Part shown: one piece after another, positions 29,735-39,650 of the stretch
Position numbering within the stretch: position 1 is the stretch's first letter
How the letters are laid out: each line of letters starts with the position of its first letter
Assembly (NCBI GenBank): GCA_965203055.1
Contig: OZ241863.1
Coordinates: 2,016,001 to 2,080,000 of the forward strand
Direction of reading: 5' to 3'
From: Spirochaetia bacterium
GTDB lineage: Bacteria; Spirochaetota; Spirochaetia; SZUA-6; Bin103
Length of the DNA stretch: 64,000 nt
The notes under the pieces: generated by a model
The model's input: the letters and a program-made list of their open reading frames with translations, nothing else
Told to the model about the DNA's origin: nothing
Database searches by the model: none
Position numbers and translations under genes: made by a program

Positions 29735-30625
29735 CTACCAGTCCCGCGGCACCGGCTGCAGCCGGCTCTGCCGCTCCCGGCGCCGCGCGGCGTTGGCCTC
29801 TTCGGCGGCGATGATCTGCCGGGCGAGCTGCTCGGGCGACTGCTCGGGCGGCGCGGCGCCGCCCTCCTGCCCGGCCCCGGACGGCGGCGCCGGCTGCTCT
29901 TCCGCGGCGCCGGGCGCCGGCGGCGGCGCGCCCGCGCCCTCCCCGGTGTCGTCGTCATCCGCGCTGTTCGCGGCGGCCGGCGCGTCCTCCGGCTGCCCCG
30001 GCGGCGGCTGCTCCTGCCCGCCGGACTCCTGCTGCTGTTGTTGTTGCTGTTGCTGCTGCTGGGGCGGCGGCTGGCGGCGCAGCAGGTCGAGCTGCATGCG
30101 CGCCAGTTCCAGGTTGCGGGCCGCCGCCGGGTGGCCGGGAACCACCCGCAGGGCGCGTTCGAAGCTGGCGCTGGCGCCTTCCAGGGTCTGCAGCGCGGCG
30201 CCGGTGTCGGCGGGCTGCTGTTGCAGCAGGCGCTCGGCTTCCATCATCTCGGTGTTGCCCAACGCCAGATGGCCGGCCGCGGCCAGCTCCGGCCGGGCGG
30301 CGTAGTTGACGGCCTGCTGCAAGCTGGCGCGCGCGGCCTCATAGTCACCGTCCTGATAGGCCGAGATGCCGGCGTTGTAGAGCAGCGCCGGCTCCTCGGG
30401 ACGCTGCTCCGCGGCGGCGCCGAACACCTCCGCCGCGGCCGCGAAATCGCCGGCCCGATATGCCGTCAGCCCGTCACCCACGCCGGCCGCCCCCAGCGGT
30501 CCGGCGCCGAGCCAACACAGCGCGGCCAGCAACAACCCGCGGCGGCTCCTGCGCGGCGTGCGGCCGCGCCCCGCGTACCGGAAGGCGCACCCCGCGCGCC
30601 GGAGGGCGCGCCGGCGGCGCGTCAC
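29735..30625 (-). CDS. batC: BatC-like TPR protein with Gln-rich linker
   Basis: LLYNAG, LALGN, AARNLELA, poly-Q tract and PVPRDW terminus. Confidence 0.8.
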   Translation of the reverse strand: MTRRRRALRRAGCAFRYAGRGRTPRRSRRGLLLAALCWLGAGPLGAAGVGDGLTAYRAGDFAAAAEVFGAAAEQRPEEPALLYNAGISAYQDGDYEAARASLQQAVNYAARPELAAAGHLALGNTEMMEAERLLQQQPADTGAALQTLEGASASFERALRVVPGHPAAARNLELARMQLDLLRRQPPPQQQQQQQQQQQESGGQEQPPPGQPEDAPAAANSADDDDTGEGAGAPPPAPGAAEEQPAPPSGAGQEGGAAPPEQSPEQLARQIIAAEEANAARRRERQSRLQPVPRDW

Positions 30626-31821
30626 GGCGCGCCCTCCCGATCTCCGTCCCGGAGCGCCGGCGCTTGCGCGGGGCGAGCACCCTCCCGGGCGCCTTCCCGA
30701 AGCGCCGGCGCGGGCTCGGGGCGAGTACTCGGCCGCGCGGCGGCCGCGCGGGAGCCGCCGCCGCGCAACCGCAATCGCGGCAGCGCCAGCCGCGGCAGGG
30801 CCAGCCGCTCCGGCAGCACCAGGGCGGCGGCCAGGAACAGCAGCGCGAGCGCGACGAAGGTCTGGAACCGTTCCCGTACCAGCTCCACCGCCGCGGTATC
30901 CAGGAGCCGGCCCGGGGCGGAGGCGACCAGCTCCAGGTAGAGCCGCCCGAGATCGACGTTGCCGGTCGCGACGTGAATGTAGCGCCCGCCGGGAGTGGCG
31001 CCGGCCATGGCGCGCAGCAGGTCCGCATCCAGCTTGCTGAGGACCAGCTCCCCGTCATGTTCGACGAACGCCGGCTCCGCGCCCGGCGCGGCCGGCGCCA
31101 GGGGAATCGGCTGGCCGATGCCGTCGTCTCCCAACCCGACGGCCAGCAGGCGCACGCCGCGCTGGCCGAGGTCCTCCGCCGCGGCCACCGGGAGGCTGTC
31201 GTGATCACCGCCGTCGGTAATCAGCAACAGGTCCTTGAAGTCGGCGGTCCGGTCGTCGAATACCTGATCGCGGACCGCCCGCAGGGCATCCCCGATCAGC
31301 GAGCCGCCGCGCGCCACGCTGGTGACGGACAGTTGCTGCACCGCGAGGCGGAAGAACCCGTAGTCGAAGGTAAGCGGGCACTTGACCACCGCGCTGCCGG
31401 CGAACGCCACCAGCGCCACGCGGTCGCCGGACAGTTGCTCGAGCGTATCGAGAATCGCGAACTTGGCGCGTTCCAGGCGATTGGGGGCCAGATCCTCTGC
31501 CAACATGCTGCGCGACACGTCGACCACGAACACCACGTCGCGCCCGCGGCGCTGCACCGCGGTGGTCTGCGACTCCCACCCCGGGCGCGCGGCGGCCACC
31601 ACCGCGGCCGCGAACCCCAGCAGCGTGAGCGCCGCCAGCAGCGGCCGCAGGTTGGCGGCGGAGTCGGCCGCGGCCGGGGTGGCGCAAAAGCGCCGCGCGG
31701 CGCGGCGGCGCGCGCGCCCGGCCAGCAGCCACGCCGCCGCCGCCGGCAGCAGCAGCCACAGCAACAGGAACGCCTCCGGATGGACGAAGCGGAGGCCGAT
31801 CTCTCCCGGAACCGCCGGCAT
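30622..31821 (-). CDS. batB: BatB-like von Willebrand factor A protein
   Basis: ARPGW, MIDAS DVSRSMLAEDLAPNRLERAK, VAFAG, CPLTFD, LITDG. Confidence 0.88.
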   Translation of the reverse strand: MPAVPGEIGLRFVHPEAFLLLWLLLPAAAAWLLAGRARRRAARRFCATPAAADSAANLRPLLAALTLLGFAAAVVAAARPGWESQTTAVQRRGRDVVFVVDVSRSMLAEDLAPNRLERAKFAILDTLEQLSGDRVALVAFAGSAVVKCPLTFDYGFFRLAVQQLSVTSVARGGSLIGDALRAVRDQVFDDRTADFKDLLLITDGGDHDSLPVAAAEDLGQRGVRLLAVGLGDDGIGQPIPLAPAAPGAEPAFVEHDGELVLSKLDADLLRAMAGATPGGRYIHVATGNVDLGRLYLELVASAPGRLLDTAAVELVRERFQTFVALALLFLAAALVLPERLALPRLALPRLRLRGGGSRAAAARPSTRPEPAPALREGAREGARPAQAPALRDGDREGAP

Positions 31822-32864
31822 CACGGACTGCGCCGCAACAGGGTGGCGTTGAGCAGCGCGGCGCCCGCAATCGCCAGCGCCGCGGCCAACGCCAGCGGGA
31901 CGAATCGCTCGCGATAGCTCAGGTAGCGCACCGCCCCGATCTCGCTGCGTTCCAGTTGATCTATTTCTCGGTAGACGGCGCGCAACGCCGCGGCGTCGCC
32001 GGCAATGCGGAACAGGCCGCCGGTGGCGCCCGCAATGGCGCGCAGCTCGCGCTCGTCGATCTGCCCGCCGGGGCGGCCCGGCAGCCCCGCCGCGGCGCCG
32101 CCGGCCGGCCCCGCGGCCAGTCCGATGGCGTGGATCGTGATGCCCCAATCACGCGCCAGCTCAGCCGCCTCGAGCGGCGTCCGGGTACCGGTGTTGTTGA
32201 GCCCGTCGGTGAGCAGCACGATCACCTTGCTCTTGATCTCGTACTCGCGGCCGCCGGAGTCCGCGGCGAGCTGCTCGCCGGCGGTGCGCAGCCGCGCCGC
32301 GGCCAGGGCCAGGGCGTCGCCGATTGCGGTGCCGTCCTCGGACCGCTCGGTGGCTACCTCCACGCTGCGCAGAAAGCCGTCGGCCGCGCCGTGGGCAAGG
32401 GTGAGCGGCAGCACCGTCTCCGCGTAGCGGGCAAAGGTGATGAGGCCAATCAGATCGTCGCCGCGGCCGGCGAGGCCGGCGCCGTCGCCGTCGATGAAGC
32501 GGCTCAGCACCTCCTTCGCCGCCGCCAGGCGGCTGCCGCTGTCCGGCCGCGCCGTCAGCGGAATGCCCATGCTCCCGGAGCGGTCCAGCACCAGCTCGAT
32601 CGCCACCCCGCGGCTGACGTCCACCACCCGTTCCTGGCCTTGGCGCGGCCGCGCCAAGGCGGTCACCAACAGCAGCAGGGCCGCCACCTGCAGCGCCGCC
32701 GGCAACCAGACGAGGCGCTGGCGCAGCGACGGCCGCACCGCCGCGGCCAGCGCCGCGGCGGAGAAGTCCAGGCCTACCCGCCGCCGGCCCAGCCGGCGGC
32801 GCAGCAGCGGCAGCAGGCCCACCGCCGGCAGGAGCAGCAGTGCCCACGGGTGCTCAAACTGCAC
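31821..32864 (-). CDS. batA: BatA-like von Willebrand factor A protein
   Basis: FEHPWALLLL, ALARP, DRSGSM, GTAIGDAL, LLTDG, ATGG, IDQLE. Confidence 0.9.
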   Translation of the reverse strand: MQFEHPWALLLLPAVGLLPLLRRRLGRRRVGLDFSAAALAAAVRPSLRQRLVWLPAALQVAALLLLVTALARPRQGQERVVDVSRGVAIELVLDRSGSMGIPLTARPDSGSRLAAAKEVLSRFIDGDGAGLAGRGDDLIGLITFARYAETVLPLTLAHGAADGFLRSVEVATERSEDGTAIGDALALAAARLRTAGEQLAADSGGREYEIKSKVIVLLTDGLNNTGTRTPLEAAELARDWGITIHAIGLAAGPAGGAAAGLPGRPGGQIDERELRAIAGATGGLFRIAGDAAALRAVYREIDQLERSEIGAVRYLSYRERFVPLALAAALAIAGAALLNATLLRRSP

Positions 32865-33879
32865 GCGCGGCCTCCGCTTCCGGCACCGCCGGCCGGGTCG
32901 CCGTCACCAGGGTGACGGCGGTTTCGATCAGCCCTTGACTCGCGCCCGCGGAGGGGCGGGCGCGGGCGAACTTCACTTGGTCGCACTGGGCGAGGAAGGC
33001 GTGCAACGCGCGGCGCTGAAAGTCGTCCAGCCAGCTTCCCGCGGCCAGGATGAACAGCAACTCCTCGGTGGTTCGCTGCGGCGCGCGGACGCCGAAGCGC
33101 TGCTCCAGATAGCGCCGTACGATCGCCGCTACCGCGGTGTGGAACGCGTGCAGGTCACGCTGCAGCAGGCCGTCGGCGGCGAGCTCGCGCAGCGCCTGCA
33201 GGGCCGCTTCGTGCGGCGGGACGGCCGCCGCCCGGACTGCGGCGCGGGCGGCGCGGCGGCGCAGCAGGAGGATGCCCGCCGCGGCCGCGCCGGCCAGCGC
33301 CAACCCGAGCGCCGCGAACAGCAGCACGCGGCCGGCGGGCGGCGGCACCGGCACCGGCCCCTCCACGTCGTGCAACGCCGGCGGCTCCTCCCCCGCGGCG
33401 AACACCGACGTCACCGTCAGGGCAATCGGTTCGGTGCGGACTGCGACGGCCGCGGCCCCGTCCGCCGCGGCCGCGGTCACCTCCAGAGCGGGCACCTCGT
33501 ACTCGCCGGCGAGGAACGGCTGCAGCTCGAAGCGGCGCCCCCAGCGCACCAGCCCGCCCTCCTGCAAGGCGGGCGCGGCGGTGCGGGTGCGCACCGCCCG
33601 CAAGCCGCCCGCCGCGGCCTGCTGCGCGGTCGGAAGGCGCACCGTCAGGCCCTCGGGCGCGGCAACCACCACCTCCAACTGCGCCCACTCCGCCGTCGTA
33701 ATCTCGCTGCGGTCCAGCCGCAGCAGCACCTCCACGCCGCCGCCGGCAAAGGAGCGCTCGACCGCCCATTCCTCGCCCGCGCCCGCCTCAGCCGGCGAAC
33801 CGCTCGCGCCGCCGCAGCCCGCGAGTACCGCCAGTACCGCGAGTACCGCCGGCGCGCCGCCCAGTCCCCTACCAGCCAC
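32854..33879 (-). CDS. Bat-operon lipoprotein/membrane protein
   Basis: GTG 33879, lipobox LAGC, TM helix, RRYLEQRFG...RTTEE...DQVKFA motif typical of the gene between DUF58 and batA. Confidence 0.75.
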   Translation of the reverse strand: MAGRGLGGAPAVLAVLAVLAGCGGASGSPAEAGAGEEWAVERSFAGGGVEVLLRLDRSEITTAEWAQLEVVVAAPEGLTVRLPTAQQAAAGGLRAVRTRTAAPALQEGGLVRWGRRFELQPFLAGEYEVPALEVTAAAADGAAAVAVRTEPIALTVTSVFAAGEEPPALHDVEGPVPVPPPAGRVLLFAALGLALAGAAAAGILLLRRRAARAAVRAAAVPPHEAALQALRELAADGLLQRDLHAFHTAVAAIVRRYLEQRFGVRAPQRTTEELLFILAAGSWLDDFQRRALHAFLAQCDQVKFARARPSAGASQGLIETAVTLVTATRPAVPEAEAARAV

Positions 33880-34756
33880 GCGCCGCGCGCCGCTCCCGCG
33901 CCTTGAAGAAGCGCACCAGGTCCCGGGTCCAGCCTTGTTCGGTATGGATCGGCACCTGGTCGATGCCGAGTCCGCGCAGTTGCGCCGCCAGCGTCTGCTG
34001 CCGCTCGCGCCCGCGCCGCGCATACTCCTCCCGCACCCGCCGGCTGGAGGTATCCACCAGCACCCGCGCGCCGGTCTCGGCGTCCTGCAGCTCCAGCAAC
34101 CCGGCCCGCGGCAGCGCCAGCTCGTGGGGATCGACGATCGAGGCGGCAATCAGGTCGTGGCGCTTCACGGTCAGGCGCAGCTCACGCTCGTAGCCGGCCG
34201 CGAGAAAATCGGAAATCAGGAACACCGTGGCGCGGCGGCGCTGCACCCGGCTGACGAAGCCGAGCGCGGCGCCGATGTCGGTACCGCGCCGGCGCGGGGT
34301 GAAGTACAGCAGCTCGCGCACCAGGCGCAGGGCGTGGGTGGCCCCCTTCTTCGGCGGGATGAACCGCTCGATGACGTCGGTGAACACCACGAGGCCCACC
34401 CGGTCGTGGTGGCGAATGGCCGAGAACGCGAGCAGCGCGGTGAGTTCCGCGGCCACTTCGGTCTTGCTCCGCGCCCCGGAGCCGAACGTTCCCGAAGCCG
34501 ACAGATCGACCACGAACAGGACCGTGAGTTCGCGTTCCTCCACGTAGCGCTTCACGTAGGGTTGGCCCATGCGCGCGGTGACGTTCCAGTCGATGCTGCG
34601 AATCTCGTCGCCCGGCTGATAGTCGCGCACCTCCTGAAACTCGATGCCCTGGCCGCGGAACACGCTGGCGTACTCGCCGCCGAATACCGTATCCACGGCG
34701 CGCCGCGCGCGAATCTGGATGTAGCGTATCTGCCGCGCCAGCTCCGGGGAGATCAC
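33869..34756 (-). CDS. DUF58 family protein
   Basis: GEYASVFRGQGIEFQEVRDYQPGDEIRSIDWNVTAR, DLSAS, ISDF. Confidence 0.93.
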   Translation of the reverse strand: MISPELARQIRYIQIRARRAVDTVFGGEYASVFRGQGIEFQEVRDYQPGDEIRSIDWNVTARMGQPYVKRYVEERELTVLFVVDLSASGTFGSGARSKTEVAAELTALLAFSAIRHHDRVGLVVFTDVIERFIPPKKGATHALRLVRELLYFTPRRRGTDIGAALGFVSRVQRRRATVFLISDFLAAGYERELRLTVKRHDLIAASIVDPHELALPRAGLLELQDAETGARVLVDTSSRRVREEYARRGRERQQTLAAQLRGLGIDQVPIHTEQGWTRDLVRFFKARERRAARGW

Positions 34757-35745
34757 GGCACCGGAACAGCGTCGAGAATTGCGTTGACCAGGTCGTCGGC
34801 GGTGCGTTCCTCCGCCTCCGCTTCGTAGCTCACGATGACCCGATGGCGGAGCACGTCAGGCGCCATGGTCTTGACGTCCTGGGGCGTTACGTAGCCGCGC
34901 CCGTGCAGCAGCGCATAGGCGCGGGCCGCCAGGGCGAGGTAGATGGTGGCGCGCGGCGAGGCGCCGTACTCGATCAGCCCGGCCAGCCCGGCCAGTTCCG
35001 GACCGAACTGCGCCGGCTCGCGGGTGGCGCACACCAAGTCCACGAGGTACTCCTCCACCTGCTCATCGACGTAGATGCGCTCGACCAGGCCGCGCAGGCG
35101 GCGAAAGTCGTCCGGCTGCAGGACCGCGGCGACCGGCGCCAGCGCGGCCGTGCGCGCCATCTGCCGCAGGATGCGCAGTTCTTCTTCGCGGCTGGGGTAG
35201 GTCACCCGCAGCTTGAGCATGAAGCGGTCGACCTGCGCTTCCGGCAGCGGGTAGGTGCCCTCCTGTTCGATCGGGTTCTGGGTAGCGAGCACCATGAACG
35301 GATCGTCCAGCGGGTGGCTGGCGTCGCCGATGGTCACCTGCCGTTCCTGCATCGCCTCCAGCAAGGCGCTCTGGACCTTGGCCGGCGCGCGGTTGATCTC
35401 GTCGGCGAGGATGATGTTGGCGAAGATCGGGCCGCGCCTAGTGGTGAACTCACCGCTGCCCGGGTGGTACACCAGGGTGCCGATCAAGTCGGCGGGAAGC
35501 AGGTCCGGGGTAAACTGGATGCGGCGGAAGCGGGCGTCGACGGCCTGCGCCAGGGTGGTGATCGACAGGGTCTTGGCCAACCCCGGCACCCCTTCCACCA
35601 GCAGGTGCGCATTGCACAGCAGCCCGATCTGCAACCGTTCGATCAGGTAGCTCTGTCCGATGATCACCTGTTCGAGTTGCCGGCGCACCTCCTGCAACAA
35701 GCGGCTCTCGCGTTGCACCTCGCTGCCGATCTGTCCGACGTCCAC
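34753..35745 (-). CDS. moxR: MoxR family AAA+ ATPase
   Basis: EGVPGLAKT, RIQFTPDLLPAD, DEINRAPAKVQSALLEAM, ATQNPIEQEGTYPLPEAQVDRF, GASPR. Start GTG 35745 inferred. Confidence 0.95.
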   Translation of the reverse strand: MDVGQIGSEVQRESRLLQEVRRQLEQVIIGQSYLIERLQIGLLCNAHLLVEGVPGLAKTLSITTLAQAVDARFRRIQFTPDLLPADLIGTLVYHPGSGEFTTRRGPIFANIILADEINRAPAKVQSALLEAMQERQVTIGDASHPLDDPFMVLATQNPIEQEGTYPLPEAQVDRFMLKLRVTYPSREEELRILRQMARTAALAPVAAVLQPDDFRRLRGLVERIYVDEQVEEYLVDLVCATREPAQFGPELAGLAGLIEYGASPRATIYLALAARAYALLHGRGYVTPQDVKTMAPDVLRHRVIVSYEAEAEERTADDLVNAILDAVPVP

Positions 35746-35867
35746 TGGTCGATTTCGAATGTAGCGAACCGCGGCCGCCAACGGCAACACCGGCCGTGTA
35801 GCGGTTGCCGTCATCGGCAAGCTTCAGTAGCCGGGCGGCGGTCATCGGCTCGTTCTCGACCGCCGCG

Positions 35868-36686
35868 TCACGGCCCGGGCCGGTGGTCGCAGTCGCCGCC
35901 ATCGCCTTGGAGCGCCTCGCCGGGCGGGCGCATCCAGAACTGCTCCAGATGATAGGCGGGGCGCCACCCCAGCACGCGGCTGATCTTGTCGCTGCGGAAC
36001 TTGCCGTGCGGCAACGGCGGAAACACGAAGTAGGTCTCGCAGCGCGACGGCAGCCGCGCCGGTTCCACCTCCAGCGCGGCGCGTATCGCGCTGCCGGTGT
36101 CAGGCCAGGCAATGACGAACGGACGGTCCAGATCACGGCCCAGCGGCGGAGCGGCGCCGGGATCGGCCGGCCCCAGCCGCCAGCTCCCCGGCACTCGCAT
36201 CCCCATGAACAGCAGGGTCTGTACGTACAGGTCGTGATCTGCGCTGAACACCCGCAGCACCTCCTGGCCGAGCGCCTTGGTCAAGGCGTACAGCCGGCTG
36301 CCCGGCGCCGGCGGCAGGTCCGGGTGCAGCCCGAAGTCCCAATCCTCGTACTGCGGCCCGGCAAGCTGGTAATGAGGACCGGTATTGATGATGCGGCGAA
36401 TGCCGTGGCGCACCGCGGCCAGCGCCACGTGGTAGTTGCCGCGCAGGTTCACCGCGAACGCCTGGCGATTGTCGTCGCGCAGCACCGACAGGTTGATGAT
36501 GGCGTCCATCCCCTCGGCCGCGGCGGCCACCGCGCCGCAGTCGGCGACGTCCAGGCGCCGGTACTCGTGCGCGAACGCCGGCGGCGGATCGTTCACGTCG
36601 GTGACGCGTAGCGTGTGGCGCCCGGCCAGGGCCGCCGCCACCCACGGTCCCATCCGGCCGTTGCCGCCCAGGATCAGCACCTTCAT
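35868..36686 (-). CDS. NAD-dependent epimerase/dehydratase (uronate dehydrogenase-like)
   Basis: MKVLILGGNGRMG Rossmann motif and YALTK catalytic YxxxK. Confidence 0.85.
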   Translation of the reverse strand: MKVLILGGNGRMGPWVAAALAGRHTLRVTDVNDPPPAFAHEYRRLDVADCGAVAAAAEGMDAIINLSVLRDDNRQAFAVNLRGNYHVALAAVRHGIRRIINTGPHYQLAGPQYEDWDFGLHPDLPPAPGSRLYALTKALGQEVLRVFSADHDLYVQTLLFMGMRVPGSWRLGPADPGAAPPLGRDLDRPFVIAWPDTGSAIRAALEVEPARLPSRCETYFVFPPLPHGKFRSDKISRVLGWRPAYHLEQFWMRPPGEALQGDGGDCDHRPGP

Positions 36687-37357
36687 TGCCCGCCTCCGGG
36701 CGCCGCCGCGCCGGGGAAGCCCAGCGCCCGCTCCGCCTCGCGCAGCAGGAAGCGGGCGCCGGGCACCGGCGACTGCAGGTGAATCTCCTGCCACTGCGGC
36801 CACTCGGCGGCCAGCGCCGCCGCCGCCGCGGCGGTGACGTCCGCGGCGGCAACGGCGGCCGGGCCATGCTCCGGCCGTAGCGCGCGCCGGTCGCCGATCA
36901 CTTCCGGGAACCCTACCCGCAGCGTGAGGACCGGCAGCAGCCGGTCGCGGGCGCACTCCTTGGCCACCACCTCGCCCAGATGGCAGGCGAGCAGCGCGGC
37001 ATCCCCGCTCGGCGGGCGCGAGCGCCACTGCTCGGTGACCGCCAAGTGAGCCGGCAGCGCGGCCAGCAGGCGCAACGTGCTCACGTAGATGCAGCGCTCG
37101 ACGCCGGCCGCGGCGGCCGCCAGCAGCAGGTTGTAGGTGCGCCGCGCGGCGTGGTCGAGCAGCTCGCCGGCGTCCCCGGCCGGGCGCGGATAGCCGAAGT
37201 GGATCACCGCCCGCACGCCGGCCACCAGCGCGGCGGTGGCGGCGCCCGGCTCCAGCGGCTCATCCCAGCGGCTGCGCCGCACCTCGTGCTCCGACTCCAG
37301 GCCGGCGGCAACCGCGCCGGCCAGCGGGCTGTCGCTGTTGGTAACCAGCACCCTCAT
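36683..37357 (-). CDS. Degenerate NAD-dependent epimerase-like protein
   Basis: GGAGG then MRVLVTNSDSPLAG; TYNLLLAAAAAGVERCIYVST; YxxxK and glycine-rich loop not conserved; ATGA overlap with the next gene. Confidence 0.7.
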   Translation of the reverse strand: MRVLVTNSDSPLAGAVAAGLESEHEVRRSRWDEPLEPGAATAALVAGVRAVIHFGYPRPAGDAGELLDHAARRTYNLLLAAAAAGVERCIYVSTLRLLAALPAHLAVTEQWRSRPPSGDAALLACHLGEVVAKECARDRLLPVLTLRVGFPEVIGDRRALRPEHGPAAVAAADVTAAAAAALAAEWPQWQEIHLQSPVPGARFLLREAERALGFPGAAAPGGGQ

Positions 37358-37506
37358 CGCTCCAACCTCCCCAGGCTTCCCATGATCGGTAGCCTGCGCC
37401 AGTAACACCGGCGCGTCAATACGACCCCAGCGCCCTTCGATAAGCATCGCGGCTGATGCAAGTCCTGACAGGGCCGCGCGGCAGGCCCTGAGAGAGCGAT
37501 TAAAGC

Positions 37507-37535
37507 TTGACACTCCAATCATGTTCAACTACCGT
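37507..37535 (+). promoter_or_regulatory. Sigma70-type promoter
   Basis: TTGACA (37507-37512), 17-nt spacer, TACCGT (37530-37535), upstream of the 37642-40265 operon. Confidence 0.6.
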
Positions 37536-37641
37536 GTTGCGGTAGCGCAGGCCCCTGATGTCTAAACGATCATGAACAGGGTACATATCACGGCTATCCT
37601 ATGCTAGGTGCGGATCCATTTCGAGACATTGTGATCTCTCT

Positions 37642-38418
37642 ATGGGGCCGTTCTTGAGTTCAACATTCCGTATTCAATACGAACGGTTACCCTGTAATTA
37701 CGGGAGTAACGAGGAGCGCATGACACTTGCCGATGTCGAGCTTTACGTCCGCAATTATTGTGCGACTGAGTTGCACGAAAACCGCGCTAAGACCGTCCGT
37801 CGATCCGCTCGTTTGTCCGCTCTTCATCTGGCTGAGTGGTTCGCCTCCAATTGGTGGCGGCTGATTTGGGAACTCTGGGCAAACGACGCCTGGATGAGAG
37901 CAAAGCAGGCCGCTCGTATGGTACGGCAAGCGTGGCACTTGGACGGCCCGGCGACAACTTCCATGATCGCCAACATATTCGCAATCAGAGAGTCGGACCT
38001 GTCCGATTGCATGGCGAGTCCGATTCGTCCGGTGTCAGCCGGATTTCGTATTGGCGAAGAACCGGACCGGATGCGCATTGCGTGGCACATACGGTCGCCG
38101 GCCGGTCGCCGGTTCTCGCTGGCTCGCATGGTGGCTGATCATCTGGTATCTCCTTCAGAGGAGAGGCTTCTGCCGGTCACCAGGACGGTGACCGGCAGAC
38201 AGCAATTTCAGCGAGCATTTGCCCAGGAATTCCTGTGCCCTTATGACGCACTTCGGGAGGTAATCGGCGGCTCACCGAGCGTGGATGACATAGAGTATGC
38301 GGCTGATTACTTTGCGGTCTCGACCTGGGTAGTCGTATGCGCCTTCGTCAATAACGGCGCGTTGCCGCAAGAGACACTCGCTGACTGGGGCGTGAGCTTG
38401 GCTACGCAGAACTGGTAG
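37642..38418 (+). CDS. Protein with C-terminal ImmA/IrrE-like domain lacking HExxH
   Basis: LAEWFASNWWRL N-terminal motif; RRFSLARMVADHL and QRAFAQEFLCP align by eye with the ImmA/IrrE RFTLAHELGH and ANxFAxxxLxP helices. Confidence 0.6.
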   Translation: MGPFLSSTFRIQYERLPCNYGSNEERMTLADVELYVRNYCATELHENRAKTVRRSARLSALHLAEWFASNWWRLIWELWANDAWMRAKQAARMVRQAWHLDGPATTSMIANIFAIRESDLSDCMASPIRPVSAGFRIGEEPDRMRIAWHIRSPAGRRFSLARMVADHLVSPSEERLLPVTRTVTGRQQFQRAFAQEFLCPYDALREVIGGSPSVDDIEYAADYFAVSTWVVVCAFVNNGALPQETLADWGVSLATQNW

Positions 38419-38423
38419 CTGGC

Positions 38424-39647
38424 ATGCTCGTCGAATTTTCCGTTGCCAACTTCAGATCGATCAAAGAGGAGGTACGCCTCAGTCTCGTGGCTGGTCCAGG
38501 CAAGGAGCACGCCAACTCGATCCTTACGGCCGAGAGTCGCGCCGAAACCGCCGCGCGGCCGCTCCGACTTCTGCCGTCCGCCGCGATCTACGGCGCGAAC
38601 GCGGCCGGCAAGACCAACGTGATTCGCGGCCTCAAGACGATGCATGACATCGTACTCGGCTCCGCCGCCCGCGGTCCTGCTGAACTCCCGGTGACCCCGT
38701 TCCGATTCGACCCGGCGTGCAGCGACCAACCGACGGCCTTCGAAGTGATGTGCATCGCCGACGGCGTTCGCTACCAGTACGGCTTCCGCGCGACCCGCAG
38801 CGAAGTAACTGAGGAGTGGCTCTATGCATGGCCGAGCGGACGGCTGCAAGTCTGGTTCGAGAGACGCAACGGGAAAGCGACCGGGGAGCCCTCATGGAAG
38901 CTTGGCGGAAAGCTCACGGGCGACCGGCAGGTCTGGAAGAGAGCAACTCGCCCGCAAGCCCTGTTCCTGGCAACGGCGGTCTCCCTCAACAGCACGCAAC
39001 TACGGCCGATCTTCGACTGGTTTCACAAGCGGCTCCATGTCGCCCGAGTCGAGAGATGGAGTCCCGTCTTCTCAGTGAACTACGCTAAGAACGGCGGAGC
39101 CGAAGTACTCGGCTTTCTCGCCGCGGCCGATCTTGCGGTAACAGGTCTGAGGATCGTAGAAAAGGAAATATCACCGGACCAATTTCCCGAAGAAATAGAG
39201 ATATTCTTGCAACATCAACCGAAAGAGGGACAGCAGGCGGAACTGGAAATGGCCGAGGAGTCGCACGGAACCCAGAAGATGTTTGCGCTTGCCGGTCCAT
39301 GGCTCGACACCCTGGCCAAAGGCAACGTCATCGTGTTCGATGAGCTGCACGATAACCTGCATCCCGCACTTGTCCGCTTTCTGGTCAGCCGGTTCCACAA
39401 TCCGACAACGAATCCGCACGGAGCGCAGCTCGTTTTCACGACGCACGATACGTCCATGCTCAATCGCGATTTGTTTCGGCCTGATCAGATCTGGCTCTGC
39501 GAGCGCAACGAACGCCTCGAAACCAGTCTCTTCCCGCTCAGCGACTTTCGGCCACGACGGGGTATCGAGAACCTGGAACGAGCATATCTGGCCGGCCGCT
39601 TCGGAGCGCTCCCTTACATCCGGTCAAGCGACCGGTCATCAGACTGA
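38424..39647 (+). CDS. AAA_21 / ABC-type ATPase (RloA-like)
   Basis: MLVEFSVANFRSI, YGANAAGKTN, ESHGT signature, FDELHDNLHP, QLVFTTHD, YLAGRFGALP. Confidence 0.92.
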   Translation: MLVEFSVANFRSIKEEVRLSLVAGPGKEHANSILTAESRAETAARPLRLLPSAAIYGANAAGKTNVIRGLKTMHDIVLGSAARGPAELPVTPFRFDPACSDQPTAFEVMCIADGVRYQYGFRATRSEVTEEWLYAWPSGRLQVWFERRNGKATGEPSWKLGGKLTGDRQVWKRATRPQALFLATAVSLNSTQLRPIFDWFHKRLHVARVERWSPVFSVNYAKNGGAEVLGFLAAADLAVTGLRIVEKEISPDQFPEEIEIFLQHQPKEGQQAELEMAEESHGTQKMFALAGPWLDTLAKGNVIVFDELHDNLHPALVRFLVSRFHNPTTNPHGAQLVFTTHDTSMLNRDLFRPDQIWLCERNERLETSLFPLSDFRPRRGIENLERAYLAGRFGALPYIRSSDRSSD

Positions 39648-39650
39648 CCG

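Noticed and set aside
26978..35745. MoxR-DUF58-Bat operon as a novel system
   Set aside because: Well-known conserved operon in its usual order.
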